DNA of 64,000 bases from Eledone cirrhosa (taxonomy: Eukaryota), in contig OZ024766.1 of the NCBI GenBank assembly GCA_964016885.1, forward strand, positions 14,198,001 through 14,262,000, read 5' to 3'. The notes below the pieces were generated by a model. The model saw nothing but the letters and a program-made list of their open reading frames with translations. It searched no databases and was not told the origin of the DNA. How positions within the stretch are numbered: the first letter of the stretch is position 1; each line of letters begins with the position of its first letter. The position numbers were made by a program, and so were the translations under genes. Below, in pieces: positions 27,058 to 40,500 of this stretch.

Positions 27058-28365
27058 GTGGATTGTCAGTATCGGTAGAGGGTCGGACGCCATGCTTTGA
27101 CGCACAGAGTTACGGCCCTTGCCATTCTCAGTTCAAATCCCGCCGAGGTTAACTTTGCCTTTCATCCTTACGAGGTTGATAAAATAAAGTACCAGTAATA
27201 CACTGGGATAATTGCTGGCCTTGTGCCCCCAAAAGTAGAAACAATTATTACGGGGTTGATAAAATAAAGTACCAGTAATGCACTGGGGTAATTGCTGGCC
27301 TTGTGCCAAAAGTAGAAACAATTTATTACGGGGTTGATAAAATAAAGTACCAGTAATACACTGGGGTAATTGCTGGCCTTGTGTCAAAAGTAGAAACAAT
27401 TTATTACGGGGTTGATAAAATAAAGTACCAGTAATACACTGGGGTAATTTCTGGCCTTGTGCCAAAAGTAGAAACAATTTATTACAGGGTTGATTAAATA
27501 AAGTACCAGTAATACACTGGGGTAATTGCTGGCCTTGTGCCTAAAATAGAAACAATTTATTACAGGGTTGATTAAATAAACTACCAGTAATACACTGGGG
27601 TAATTGCTGGCCTTGTGCCAAAAGTAGAAACAATTTATTACAGGGTTGATTAAATAAACTACCAGTAATACACTGGGGTAATTGCTGGACTTGTGCCTAA
27701 AGTAGAAACAATTTATTACAGGGTTGATTAAATAAAGTACCAGTAATAAATTGGGGTAATTGCTGGCCTTGTGCCAAAAGTAGAAACAATTTATTACAGG
27801 GTTGATTAAATAAAGTACCAGTAATAAATTGGGGTAATTGCTGGCCTTGTGCCAAAAGTAGAAACAATTTATTACGGGGTTGATAAAATAAAGTACCAGT
27901 AATACACTGGGGTAATTGCTGGACTTGTGCCTAAAGTAGAAACAATTTATTACAGGGTTGATTAAATAAAGTACCAGTAATACACTGGGGTAATTGCTGG
28001 CCTTGTGCCAAAAGTAGAAACAATTTATTACAGGGTTGATTAAATAAAGTACCAGTAATACACTGGGGTAATTGCTGGCCTTGTGTCAAAAGTAGAAACA
28101 ATTTATTACGGGGTTGATAAAATAAAGTACCAGTAATACACTGGGGTAATTTCTGGCCTTGTGTCAAAAGTAGAAACAATTTATTACAGGGTTGATTAAA
28201 TAAACTACCAGTAATACACTGGGGTAATTGCTGGCCTTGTGCCAAAAGTAGAAACAATTTATTACAGGGTTGATAAAATAAAGTACCAGTAATACACTGG
28301 AGTCGAATTAATTGATTTTCTTCTCCCAAAAATTGTTGGCCATGTGGCTAAAGCAGATACAATTA
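27058..28365 (+). mobile_element. tRNA-derived SINE (family B here) with its 3' 78-bp segment tandemly amplified (~14 copies)
   Basis: Head cagtatcggtagagggtcggacg...gttcaaatcccgccgagg (B box), then repeats of ggggttgataaaataaagtaccagtaatacactggggtaattgctggccttgtgccaaaagtagaaacaatttattac. Unexpanded copy at 59401-59594. Confidence 0.88.
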
Positions 28366-28396
28366 TCATCGTCATGACAACATGGTTGAATGTGCT

Positions 28397-28477
28397 TCAA
28401 TCTAAGATATTCTTGAAGCTTTTAGAAACTCCGCCTCGTGTTACTTCTGTCAAAACTTGTTGTCTCTCCTTGCTCTG
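28397..28477 (-). CDS. TERT: TERT terminal coding exon
   Basis: Polypyrimidine tract plus accag acceptor; encodes QSKERQQVLTEVTRGGVSKSFKNILD-TGA (compare the vertebrate TERT end ...SDFKTILD*); phase 0 fits the upstream exon. Confidence 0.85.
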   Translation of the reverse strand, partial: QSKERQQVLTEVTRGGVSKSFKNILD

Positions 28478-28539
28478 CTGGTCCACAAATGTAATGGGGG
28501 AAACAAAGGCAAAAGAGAAAAAGAATTATTTAAAAATTC

Positions 28540-29088
28540 ACATAAAAGAGACTCAGACAACCTAGACAACACATAAAAGAGACTCAGACAACCTAGACAA
28601 CACATAAAAGAGACTCAGACAACCTAGACAACACATAAAAGAGACTCAGACAACCTAGACAACACATAAAAGAGACTCAGACAACCTAGACAACACATAA
28701 AAGAGACTCAGACAACCTAGACGACACATAAAAGAGACTCAGACAACCTAGACAACACATAAAAGAGACTCAGACAACCTAGACAACACATAAAAGAGAC
28801 TCAGACAACCTAGACAACACATAAAAGAGACTCAGACAACCTAGACAATACATAAAAGAGACTCAGACAACCTAGACAACACATAAAAGAGACTCAGACA
28901 ACACATAAAAGAGACTCAGACAACCTAGACAACACATAAAAGAGACTCAGACAACCTAAACAACACATAAAAGAGACTCAGACAACCTAGACAACACATA
29001 AAAGAGACTCAGACAACCTAGACAACACATAAAAGAGACTCAGACAACCTAAACAACACATAAAAGAGACTCAGACAACCTAAACAAC
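28540..29088. repeat. 31-bp minisatellite (~18 copies)
   Basis: Unit cacataaaagagactcagacaacctagacaa. Confidence 0.95.
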
Positions 29089-29134
29089 ATCCCATGCAAA
29101 AGAAAAGAAAAGAAAATTAATTCCATGAAATATT

Positions 29135-32100
29135 ACAGCAACTGCAGAGGATATGCGACGGCTGGAGAGAAATGAGGCAAGCATGCTCCGTTGGATGTGC
29201 AGTGTCAATGTGTGTGAACTACCCAGCATGGATGTGTTGAGAGAGAAACTGTGTATAAGAGGGATAAGTTGTAGTGTGTGGGAGAGAAAATTGAGATGGT
29301 ATGGACATGTGATATGTTGAGAGAGAAACTGTGTATAAGAGGGATAAGTTGTGGTGTGTGGGAGAGAAGACTGAGATGGTATGGACATGTGATGTGTTGA
29401 GAGAGAAACTGTGTATAAGAGGGATAAGTTGTAGTGTGTGGGAAAGAAGACTGAGATGGTATGGACATGTGATATGTTGAGAGAGAAACTGTGTATAAGA
29501 GGGATAAGTTGTGGTGTGTGGGAGAGAAGACTGAGATGGTATGGACATGTGATATGTTGAGAGAGAAACTGTGTATAAGGGGGATAAGTTGTAGTGTGTG
29601 GGAGAGAAGACTGAGATGGTATGGACATGTGATGTGTTGAGAGAGAAACTGTGTATAAGAGGGATAAGTTGTGGTGTGTGGGAGAGAAGACTGAGATGGT
29701 ATGGACATGTGATGTGTTGAGAGAGAAACTGTGTATAAGAGGGATAAGTTGTAGTGTGTGGGAGAGAAGACTGAGATGGTATGGACATGTGATGTGTTGA
29801 GAGAGAAACTGTGTATAAGAGGGATAAGTTGTAGTGTGTGGGAGAGAAGACTGAGATGGTATGGACATGTGATGTGTTGAGAGAGAAACTGTGTATAAGA
29901 GGGATAAGTTGTAGTGTGTGGGAGAGAAAATTGAGATGGTATGGACATGTGATGTGTTGAGAGAGAAACTGGGTATAAGAGGGATAAGTTGTAGTGAGTG
30001 GGAGAGAAGACTGAGATGGTATGGACATGTGATGCGTTGAGAGAGAAACTGTGTATAAGAGGGATAAGTTGTGGTGTGTGGGAGAGAAGACTGAGATGGT
30101 ATGGACATGTGATGTGTTGAGAGAGAAACTGTGTATAAGAGGGATAAGTTGTAGTGTGTGGGAGAGAAGACAGATGGTATGGACATATGATGAGTTGAGA
30201 GAGAAACTGGGTATAAGAGGGATAAGTTGTAGTGTGTGGGAGAGGGTTGAGATGGTATGGACATGTGATGAGTTGAGAGAGAAATTGTGTATAAGAGGGA
30301 TAAGTTGAAGTGTGTGGGAGAGAAGACTGAGATGGTATGGACATGTGATGTGTTGAGAGAGAAACTGTGTATAAGAGGGATAAGTTGTGGTGTGTGGGAG
30401 AGAAGACTGAGGTGGTATGGACATGTGATGAGTTGAGAGAGAAACTGTGTATAAGAGGGATAAGTTGTAGTGTGTGGGAGAGAAGACTGAGATGGTATGG
30501 ACATGTGATGTGTTGAGAGAGAAACTGTGTATAAGAGGGATAAGTTGTGGTGTGTGGGAGAGAAGACTGAGATGGTATGGACATGTGATGTGTTGAGAGA
30601 TTAACTGTGTATAAGAGGGATAAGTTGTGGTGTGTGGGAGAGGAGACTGAGATGGTATGGACATGTGATGTGATGAGAGAGAAACTGTGTATAAGAGGGA
30701 TAAGTTGTAGTGTGTGGGAGAGAAGACTGAGATGGTATGGACATGTGATGAGTTGAGAGAGAAACAGGGTATAAGAGGGATAAGTTGTAGTGTGTGGGAG
30801 AGGAGACCGAGATGGTATGGACATGTGATGTGTTGAGAGAGGAACTTTGTATAAGAGGGATAAGTTGTGGTGTGTGGGAGAGAAGACTGAGATGGTATGG
30901 ACATGTGATGTGTTGAGAGAGAAACTGTGTATAAGAGGGATAAGTTGTAGTGTGTGGGAGAGAAGACTGAGATGGTATGGAGATGTGATATGTTGAGAGA
31001 GAAACTGTGTATAAGAGGGATAAGTTGTAGTGTGTGGGAGAGAAGACTGAGATGGTATGGACATGTGATGAGTTGAGAGAGAAACTGGGTATAAGAGGGA
31101 TAAGTTGTAGTGTGTGGGAGAGGGTTGACATGGTATGGACATGTGATGAGTTGAGAGAGAAACTGTGTATAAGAGGGATAAGTTGTGGTGTGTGGGAGAG
31201 AAGACTGAGGTGGTATGGACATGTGATGAGTTGAGAGAGAAACTGTGTATAAGAGGGATAAGTTGTAGTGTGTGGGAGAGAAGACTGAGATGGTATGGAC
31301 ATGTGATGAGTTGAGAGAGAAACTGGGTATAAGAGGGATAAGTTGTAGTGTGTGGGAGAGGGTTGAGATGGTATGGACATGTGATGAGTTGAGAGAGAAA
31401 CTGTGTATAAGAGGGATAAGTTGTAGTGTGTGGGAGAGAAGACTGAGATGGTATGGACATGTGATGTGTTGAGAGAGAAACTGTGTATAAGAGGGATAAG
31501 TTGTGGTGTGTGGGAGAGAAGACTGAGATGGTATGGACATGTGATGTGTTGAGAGAGAAACTGTGTATAAGAGGGATAAGTTGTAGTGTGTGGGAGAGAA
31601 GACTGAGATGGTATGGACATGTGATGAGTTGAGAGAGAAACAGGGTATAAGAGGGATAAGTTGTAGTGTGTGGGAGAGGAGACCGAGATGGTATGGACAT
31701 GTGATGTGTTGAGAGAGAAACTGTGTATAAGAGGGATAAGTTGTAGTGTGTGGGAGAGAAGACTGAGATGGTATGGACATGTGATGAGTTGAGAGAGAAA
31801 CTGTGTATAAGAGGGATAAGTTGTGGTGTGTGGGAGAGAAGACTGAGGTGGTATGGACATGTGATGAGTTGAGAGAGAAACTGTGTATAAGAGGGATAAG
31901 TTGTAGTGTGTGGGAGAGAAGACTGAGATGGTATGGACATGTGATGTGTTGAGAGAGAAACTGTGTATAAGAGGGATAAGATGTAGTGTGTGGGAGAGAA
32001 GACTGAGATGGTATGGACATGTGATGAGTTGAGAGAGAAACTGTGTATAAGAGGGATAAGTTGTGGTGTGTGGGAGAGAAGACTGAGATGGTATGGACAT

Positions 32101-35100
32101 GTGATGAGTTGAGAGAGAAACTGTGTATAAGAGGGATATGTTGTAGTGTGTGGGTGAGAAGACTGAGATGGTATGGACATGTGATGTGCTGAGAGAGAAA
32201 CTGTGTATAAGAGGGATAAACTGTAGTGTGTGGCCGAGAAGACTGAGATGGTATGGAGATGTGATGTGTTGAGAGGGAAACTGGGTATAAGAGGGATAAG
32301 CTGTGGTGTGTGGGAGAGAAGACTGAGATGGTATGGACATGTGATGTGTTGAGAGAGAAACTGTGTATAAGAGGGATAAGTTGTGGTGTGTGGGAGAGAA
32401 GACTGAGATGGTATGGACATGTGATGTGTTGAGAGAGAAACTGTGTATAAGAGGGATAAGTTGTAGTGTGTGGGAGAGAAGACTGAGATGGTATGGACAT
32501 GTGATGTGTTGAGAGAGAAACTGTGTATAAGAGGGATAAGTTGTAGTGTGTGGGAGAGAAGACTGAGATGGTATGGACATGTGATGTGTTGAGAGAGAAA
32601 CTGTGTATAAGAGGGATAAGTTGTAGTGTGTGGGAGAGAAAATTGAGATGGTATGGACATGTGATGTGTTGAGAGAGAAACTGGGTATAAGAGGGATAAG
32701 TTGTAGTGAGTGGGAGAGAAGACTGAGATGGTATGGACATGTGATGCGTTGAGAGAGAAACTGTGTATAAGAGGGATAAGTTGTGGTGTGTGGGAGAGAA
32801 GACTGAGATGGTATGGACATGTGATGTGTTGAGAGAGAAACTGTGTATAAGAGGGATAAGTTGTAGTGTGTGGGAGAGAAGACAGATGGTATGGACATAT
32901 GATGAGTTGAGAGAGAAACTGGGTATAAGAGGGATAAGTTGTAGTGTGTGGGAGAGGGTTGAGATGGTATGGACATGTGATGAGTTGAGAGAGAAATTGT
33001 GTATAAGAGGGATAAGTTGAAGTGTGTGGGAGAGAAGACTGAGATGGTATGGACATGTGATGTGTTGAGAGAGAAACTGTGTATAAGAGGGATAAGTTGT
33101 GGTGTGTGGGAGAGAAGACTGAGGTGGTATGGACATGTGATGAGTTGAGAGAGAAACTGTGTATAAGAGGGATAAGTTGTAGTGTGTGGGAGAGAAGACT
33201 GAGATGGTATGGACATGTGATGTGTTGAGAGAGAAACTGTGTATAAGAGGGATAAGTTGTGGTGTGTGGGAGAGAAGACTGAGATGGTATGGACATGTGA
33301 TGTGTTGAGAGATTAACTGTGTATAAGAGGGATAAGTTGTGGTGTGTGGGAGAGGAGACTGAGATGGTATGGACATGTGATGTGATGAGAGAGAAACTGT
33401 GTATAAGAGGGATAAGTTGTAGTGTGTGGGAGAGAAGACTGAGATGGTATGGACATGTGATGAGTTGAGAGAGAAACAGGGTATAAGAGGGATAAGTTGT
33501 AGTGTGTGGGAGAGGAGACCGAGATGGTATGGACATGTGATGTGTTGAGAGAGGAACTTTGTATAAGAGGGATAAGTTGTGGTGTGTGGGAGAGAAGACT
33601 GAGATGGTATGGACATGTGATGTGTTGAGAGAGAAACTGTGTATAAGAGGGATAAGTTGTAGTGTGTGGGAGAGAAGACTGAGATGGTATGGAGATGTGA
33701 TATGTTGAGAGAGAAACTGTGTATAAGAGGGATAAGTTGTAGTGTGTGGGAGAGAAGACTGAGATGGTATGGACATGTGATGAGTTGAGAGAGAAACTGG
33801 GTATAAGAGGGATAAGTTGTAGTGTGTGGGAGAGGGTTGAGATGGTATGGACATGTGATGAGTTGAGAGAGAAACTGTGTATAAGAGGGATAAGTTGTGG
33901 TGTGTGGGAGAGAAGACTGAGGTGGTATGGACATGTGATGAGTTGAGAGAGAAACTGTGTATAAGAGGGATAAGTTGTAGTGTGTGGGAGAGAAGACTGA
34001 GATGGTATGGACATGTGATGAGTTGAGAGAGAAACTGGGTATAAGAGGGATAAGTTGTAGTGTGTGGGAGAGGGTTGAGATGGTATGGACATGTGATGAG
34101 TTGAGAGAGAAACTGTGTATAAGAGGGATAAGTTGTAGTGTGTGGGAGAGAAGACTGAGATGGTATGGACATGTGATGTGTTGAGAGAGAAACTGTGTAT
34201 AAGAGGGATAAGTTGTGGTGTGTGGGAGAGAAGACTGAGATGGTATGGACATGTGATGTGTTGAGAGAGAAACTGTGTATAAGAGGGATAAGTTGTAGTG
34301 TGTGGGAGAGAAGACTGAGATGGTATGGACATGTGATGAGTTGAGAGAGAAACTGTGTATAAGAGGGATAAGTTGTGGTGTGTGGGAGAGAAGACTGAGG
34401 TGGTATGGACATGTGATGAGTTGAGAGAGAAACTGTGTATAAGAGGGATAAGTTGTAGTGTGTGGGAGAGAAGACTGAGATGGTATGGACATGTGATGTG
34501 TTGAGAGAGAAACTGTGTATAAGAGGGATAAGATGTAGTGTGTGGGAGAGAAGACTGAGATGGTATGGACATGTGATGAGTTGAGAGAGAAACTGTGTAT
34601 AAGAGGGATAAGTTGTGGTGTGTGGGAGAGAAGACTGAGATGGTATGGACATGTGATGAGTTGAGAGAGAAACTGTGTATAAGAGGGATATGTTGTAGTG
34701 TGTGGGTGAGAAGACTGAGATGGTATGGACATGTGATGTGCTGAGAGAGAAACTGTGTATAAGAGGGATAAACTGTAGTGTGTGGCCGAGAAGACTGAGA
34801 TGGTATGGAGATGTGATGTGTTGAGAGGGAAACTGGGTATAAGAGGGATAAGCTGTGGTGTGTGGGAGAGAAGACTGAGATGGTATGGACATGTGATGTG
34901 TTGAGAGAGAAACTGTGTATAAGAGGGATAAGTTGTGGTGTGTGGGAGAGAAGACTGAGATGGTATGGACATGTGATATGTTGAGAGAGAAACTGTGTAT
35001 AAGAGGGATAAGTTGTAGTGTGTGGGAGAGAAGACTGAGATGGTATGGACATGTGATGAGTTGAGAAAGAAACTGTGTATAAGAGGGATAAGTTGTGGTG

Positions 35101-36797
35101 TGTGGGAGAGAAGACTGAGATGGTATGGACATGTGATGAGTTGAGAGAGAAACTGTGTATAAGAGGGATAAGTTGTAGTGCGTGGGAGAGAAGACTGAGA
35201 TGGTATGGACATGTGATGTGTTGAGAGAGAAACTGTGTATAAGAGGGATAAGTTGTAGTGTGTGGGAGAGAAGACTGAGATGGTATGGACATGTGATGTG
35301 TTGAGAGAGAAACTGTGTATAAGAGGCATAAGTTGTAGTGTGTGGGAGAGAAGACTGAGATGGTATGGACATGTGATGTGTTGAGAGAGAAACTGTGTAT
35401 AAGAGGGATAAGTTGTAGTGTGTGGGAGAGAAGACTGAGATGGTGTGGACATGTGATGAGTTGAGAGAGAAACTGTGTACAAGGGGGATAAGTTGTGGTG
35501 TGTGGGAGAGAAGACTGAGATGGTATGGACATGTGATATGTTGAGAGAGAAACTGTGTATAAGAAAGATAAGTTGTAGTGTGTGGGAGAGGGCTGAGATG
35601 GTATGGACATGTGATGAGTTGAGAGAGAAACTGTGTATAAGAGGGATGTTGTAGTGTGTGGGAGAGAAGACTGAGATGGTATGGACATGTGATGAGTTGA
35701 GAGAGAAACTGTGTATAAGAGGGATAAGTTGTGGTGTGTGGGAGAGTGTTGAGATGGTATGGACATGTGATGAGTTGAGAGAGAAACTGTGTATAAGAGG
35801 GATAAGTTGTAGAGTGTGGGAGAGGGTTGAGATGGTATGGACATGTGATGAGTTGAGAGAGAAACTGTGTATAAGAGGGATAAGTTGTAGTGTGTGGGAG
35901 AGAAGACTGAGATGGTATGGACATGTGATATGTTGAGAGAGAAACTGTGTATAAGAGGGATAAGTTGTAGTGTGTGGGAGAGAAGACTGAGATGGTATGG
36001 ACATGTGATGAGTTGAGAGAGAAACTGTGTATAAGAGGGATAAGTTGTGGTGTGTGGGAGAGGGTTGAGATGGTATGGACATGTGATGAGTTGAGGGAGA
36101 AACTGTGTCTGAGAGGGATAAGTTGTAGTGTGTGGGAGAGGGCTGAGATGGTATGGACATGTGATGAGTTGAGAGAGAAACTGGGTATAAGAGGGATAAG
36201 TTGTAGTGTGTGGGAGAGGGCTGAGATGGTATGGACATGTGATGAGTTGAGGGAGAAACTGTGTCTGAGAGGGATAAGTTGTAGTGTGTGGGAGAGGGCT
36301 GAGATGGTATGGACATGTGATGAGTTGAGAGAGAAACTGGGTATAAGAGGGATAAGTTGTAGTGTGTGGGAGAGAAGACTGAGGTGGTATGGACATGTGA
36401 TGAGTTGAGAGAGAAACTGGGTATAAGAGGGATAAGTTGTAGTGTGTGGGAGAGGGCTGAGATGGTATGGACATGTGATGAGTTGAGGGAGAAACTGTGT
36501 CTGAGAGGGATAGAATGTAGTGTATGGGAGAGGAGACTGGGGAGGTATGGACATGTGATGCACATGGAGGATGACCGATGGGTGAAGAAGTGCCAGGAAT
36601 TGCCAGTTGAAGGAAGACGTGGTAGAGGCAGACCACGAAAAACATGGGCGGAGGTGGTGAGAACAGACCTCAGATCGCTGAAGTTCACGGTGGAGATGAC
36701 GAAGTTCCGTGACAAGTGGAGTGATGCTGTGCTGAATAGGACCTGTCCCACCCTTGCAAGCAGGGAAAAGCGGACGTAAGATGATGATGATGATGAT
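29135..36797 (+). mobile_element. 5'-truncated RTE-clade LINE 3' end, inflated by an internal 80-bp satellite
   Basis: The 5' flank encodes TAEDMRRLERNEASMLRWMCSV. The 3' flank encodes RYGHVMHMEDDRWVKKCQELPVEGRRGRGRPRKTWAEVVRTDL...REKRT*, then a (gat)n tail, a typical RTE C-terminus. Confidence 0.9.
29231..36558. repeat. 80-bp satellite (~92 copies) derived from RTE coding sequence
   Basis: Unit gatgtgttgagagagaaactgtgtataagagggataagttgtagtgtgtgggagagaagactgagatggtatggacatgt (= DVLREKLCIRGISCSVWERRLRWYGHV); 78-bp variants occur. Confidence 0.97.
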
Positions 36798-37098
36798 GTT
36801 GATTACATTGGCCATTGCTGGCATTCTTCTCATCAATAACAAATTAACCATCAAACAACACTTGAAAGTGGTTTATAAAATTTATAAATTTTAAATCTCA
36901 ATTTAATTCCAAAGACAGGAAACTCGAACATTTTTCTCTGAGAGTTCCATTCCACCCTGAAGAAGGGATTTTAAAACCCAAAATATTAGGACAAAAAACA
37001 ACAGCAACAACAAAACAAAGATAACCAGGTAACTTACTTTTTCATTACCTTCATCTGACAGTCTATTTTACATTGTTTAACCTTATATCACTTGCCCC

Positions 37099-37461
37099 AT
37101 TATATATTATATATAATTGTTTCTACTTTTGGCACAAGGCCAGCAATTACCCAGTGCATTACTGGTACTTTATTTTATCGACCCTGTAAGGATGAAAGGC
37201 AAAGTTAACCTCGGCGGGATTTGAACTCAGAATGGCAAGGGCCGTAACTCTATGCATCAAAGCATGGCGTCCGACCCTCTACCGATACTACCAAGCCACC
37301 GCCATTATAGGATGCTTTGACGCATAGAGTTACCTCCCTTTACGGTCCGAGTACAAATGCTGCCGAGGTTAACTTTGTCGATAAAATAAAGTACCAGTAA
37401 TGCACTGGGTAATTGCTGGCCTTGTGCCAAAAGTAGAAACAATTATATATAATATATAATG
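37099..37461. mobile_element. SINE B copy (minus, 37115-37303) followed by a partial inverted SINE B copy (37310-37445)
   Basis: 37099-37180 is the reverse complement of 37377-37461, including the flanking cattatatattatatataattg. Confidence 0.82.
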
Positions 37462-37560
37462 CTTCAAGCAAACTGCAATATTTTAATATTTAAATAATAT
37501 TAACTTCTTAACATCCTGTAATGATTTAGCAGAAAATATCTCAAAATAGGTTTGTTAATT

Positions 37561-40500
37561 CAAATATTTATAGTATCTTTACTGGTGGACAGATTGTTGT
37601 GAATATTTACAGTATTACAGTAAAGACTTTAATATTTAATGTGATGTAGTCATAGTGTTGTTTTGTACTAAATGTTTATAGTATCTTTACTGGTGGACAG
37701 ATTGTTGTGAATATTTACAGTATTACAGTAAAGACTTTAATATTTAATGTGATGTAGTCATAGTGTTGTTTTCTACTAAATGTTTATAGTATCTTTACTG
37801 GTGGACAGATTGTTGTGAATATTTACAGTATTACAGTAAAGACTTTAATATTTCATGTGGTGTAGTCATAGTGTTGTTTTGTACTAAATGTTTATAGTAT
37901 CTTTACTGGTGGACAGATTGTTGTGTATATTTACAGTATTACAGTAAAGACTTTAATATTTAATGTGATGTAGTCATAGTGTTGTTTTGTACTAAATGTT
38001 TATAGTATCTTTACTGGTGGACAGATTGTTGTGAACATTTACAGTATTACAGTAAAGACTTTAATATTTAATGTGATGTAGTCATAGTGTTGTTTTGTAC
38101 TAAATGTTTATAGTATCTTTACTGGTGGACAGATTGTTGTGAATATTTACAGTATTACAGTAAAGACTTTAATATTTAATGTGATGTAGTCATAGTGTTG
38201 TTTTCTACTAAATGTTTATAGTATCTTTACTGGTGGACAGATTGTTGTGAATATTTACAGTATTACAGTAAAGACTTTAATATTTAATGTGATGTAGTCA
38301 TAGTGTTGTTTTGTACTAAATGTTTATAGTATCTTTACTGGTGGACAGATTGTTGTGAATATTTACAGTATTACAGTAAAGACTTTAATATTTAATGTGA
38401 TGTAGTCATAGTGTTGTTTTGTACTAAATGTTTATAGTATCTTTACTGGTGGACAGATTGATGTGAATATTTACAGTATTACAGTAAAGACTTTAATATT
38501 TAATGTGATGTAGTCATAGTGTTGTTTTGTACTAAATGTTTATAGTATCTTTACTGGTGGACAGATTGTTGTGAATATTTACAGTATTACAGTAAAGACT
38601 TTAATATTTAATGTGATGTAGTCATAGTGTTGTTTTGTACTAAATGTTTATAGTATCTTTACTGGTGGACAGATTGTTGTGAATATTTACAGTATTACAG
38701 TAAAGACTTTAATATTTAATGTGATGTAGTCATAGTGTTGTTTTGTACTAAATGTTTATAGTATCTTTACTGGTGGACAGATTGTTGTGAATATTTACAG
38801 TATTACAGTAAAGACTTTAATATTTAATGTGATGTAGTCATAGTGTTGTTTTGTACTAAATGTTTATAGTATCTTTACTGGTAGACAGATTGTTGTAAAT
38901 ATTTACAGTATTACCGTAAAGACTTTAACATTTAATGTGATGTAGTCATAGTGTTGTTTTGTACTAAATGTTTATAGTATCTTTACTGGTGGACAGATTG
39001 TTGTGAATATTTACAGTATTACAGTAAAGACTTTAATATTTAATGTGATGTAGTCATAGTGTTGTTTTGTACTAAATGTTTATAGTATCTTTACTGGTAG
39101 ACAGATTGTTGTAAATATTTACAGTATTACCGTAAAGACTTTAACATTTAATGTGATGTAGTCATAGTGTTGTTTTGTACTAAATGTTTATAGTATCTTT
39201 ACTGGTGGACAGATTGTTGTGAATATTTACAGTATTACAGTAAAGACTTTAATATTTAATGTGATGTAGTCATAGTGTTGTTTTGTACTAAATGTTTATA
39301 GTATCTTTACTGGTGGACAGATTGTTGTGAATATTTACAGTATTACAGTAAAGACTTTAATATTTAATGTGATGTAGTCATAGTGTTGTTTTGTACTAAA
39401 TGTTTATAGTATCTTTACTGGTGAACAGATTGTTGTAAATATTTACAGTATTACAGTAAAGACTTTAATATTTAATGTGATGTAGTCATAGTGTTGTTTT
39501 GTACTAAATGTTTATAGTATCTTTACTGGTAGACAGATTGTTGTAAATATTTACAGTATTACCGTAAAGACTTTAATATTTAATGTGATGTAGTCATAGT
39601 GTTGTTTTGTACTAAATGTTTATAGTATCTTTACTGGTGGACAGATTGTTGTGAATATTTACAGTATTACAGTAAAGACTTTAATATTTAATGTGATGTA
39701 GTCATAGTGTTGTTTTGTACTAAATGTTTATAGTATCTTTACTGGTGGACAGATTGTTGTGAATATTTACAGTATTACAGTAAAGACTTTAATATTTAAT
39801 GTGATGTAGTCATAGTGTTGTTTTGTACTAAATATTTATAGTATCTTTACTGGTGGACAGATTGTTGTGAATATTTACAGTATTACAGTAAAGACTTTAA
39901 TATTTAATGTGATGTAGTCATAGTGTTGTTTTGTACTAAATGTTTATAGTATCTTTACTGGTAGACAGATTGTTGTAAATATTTACAGTATTACCGTAAA
40001 GACTTTAATATTTAATGTGATGTAGTCATAGTGTTGTTTTGTACTAAATGTTTATAGTATCTTTACTGGTAGACAGATTGTTGTAAATATTTACAGTATT
40101 ACCGTAAAGACTTTAATATTTAATGTGATGTAGTCATAGTGTTGTTTTGTACTAAATGTTTATAGTATCTTTACTGGTGGACAGATTGTTGTGAATATTT
40201 ACAGTATTACAGTAAAGACTTTAATATTTAATGTGATGTAGTCATAGTGTTGTTTTGTACTAAATGTTTATAGTATCTTTACTGGTGGACAGATTGTTGT
40301 GAATATTTACAGTATTACAGTAAAGACTTTAATATTTAATGTGATGTAGTCATAGTGTTGTTTTGTACTAAATATTTATAGTATCTTTACTGGTGGACAG
40401 ATTGTTGTGAATATTTACAGTATTACAGTAAAGACTTTAATATTTAATGTGATGTAGTCATAGTGCTGTTTTATACTAAATGTTTATAGTATCTTTACTG

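Noticed and set aside
29080-36854. 2549-aa and 2510-aa ORFs as real proteins
   Set aside because: They are the antisense of an 80-bp LINE-derived satellite that lacks stops on that strand; all frames give the same cyclic peptide.
36950-36995. Hammerhead CTGAAGA-aggg...ccc-AAAA in the TERT last intron
   Set aside because: GAAA is absent (possibly CpG decay) and there is no convincing stem I; at most a dead pLTR relic.
37030-37070. Extra TERT micro-exon (minus-strand gtaagt donor near 37037)
   Set aside because: No good polypyrimidine tract or phase-compatible acceptor, and the flanking exons already align to TERT without a gap.
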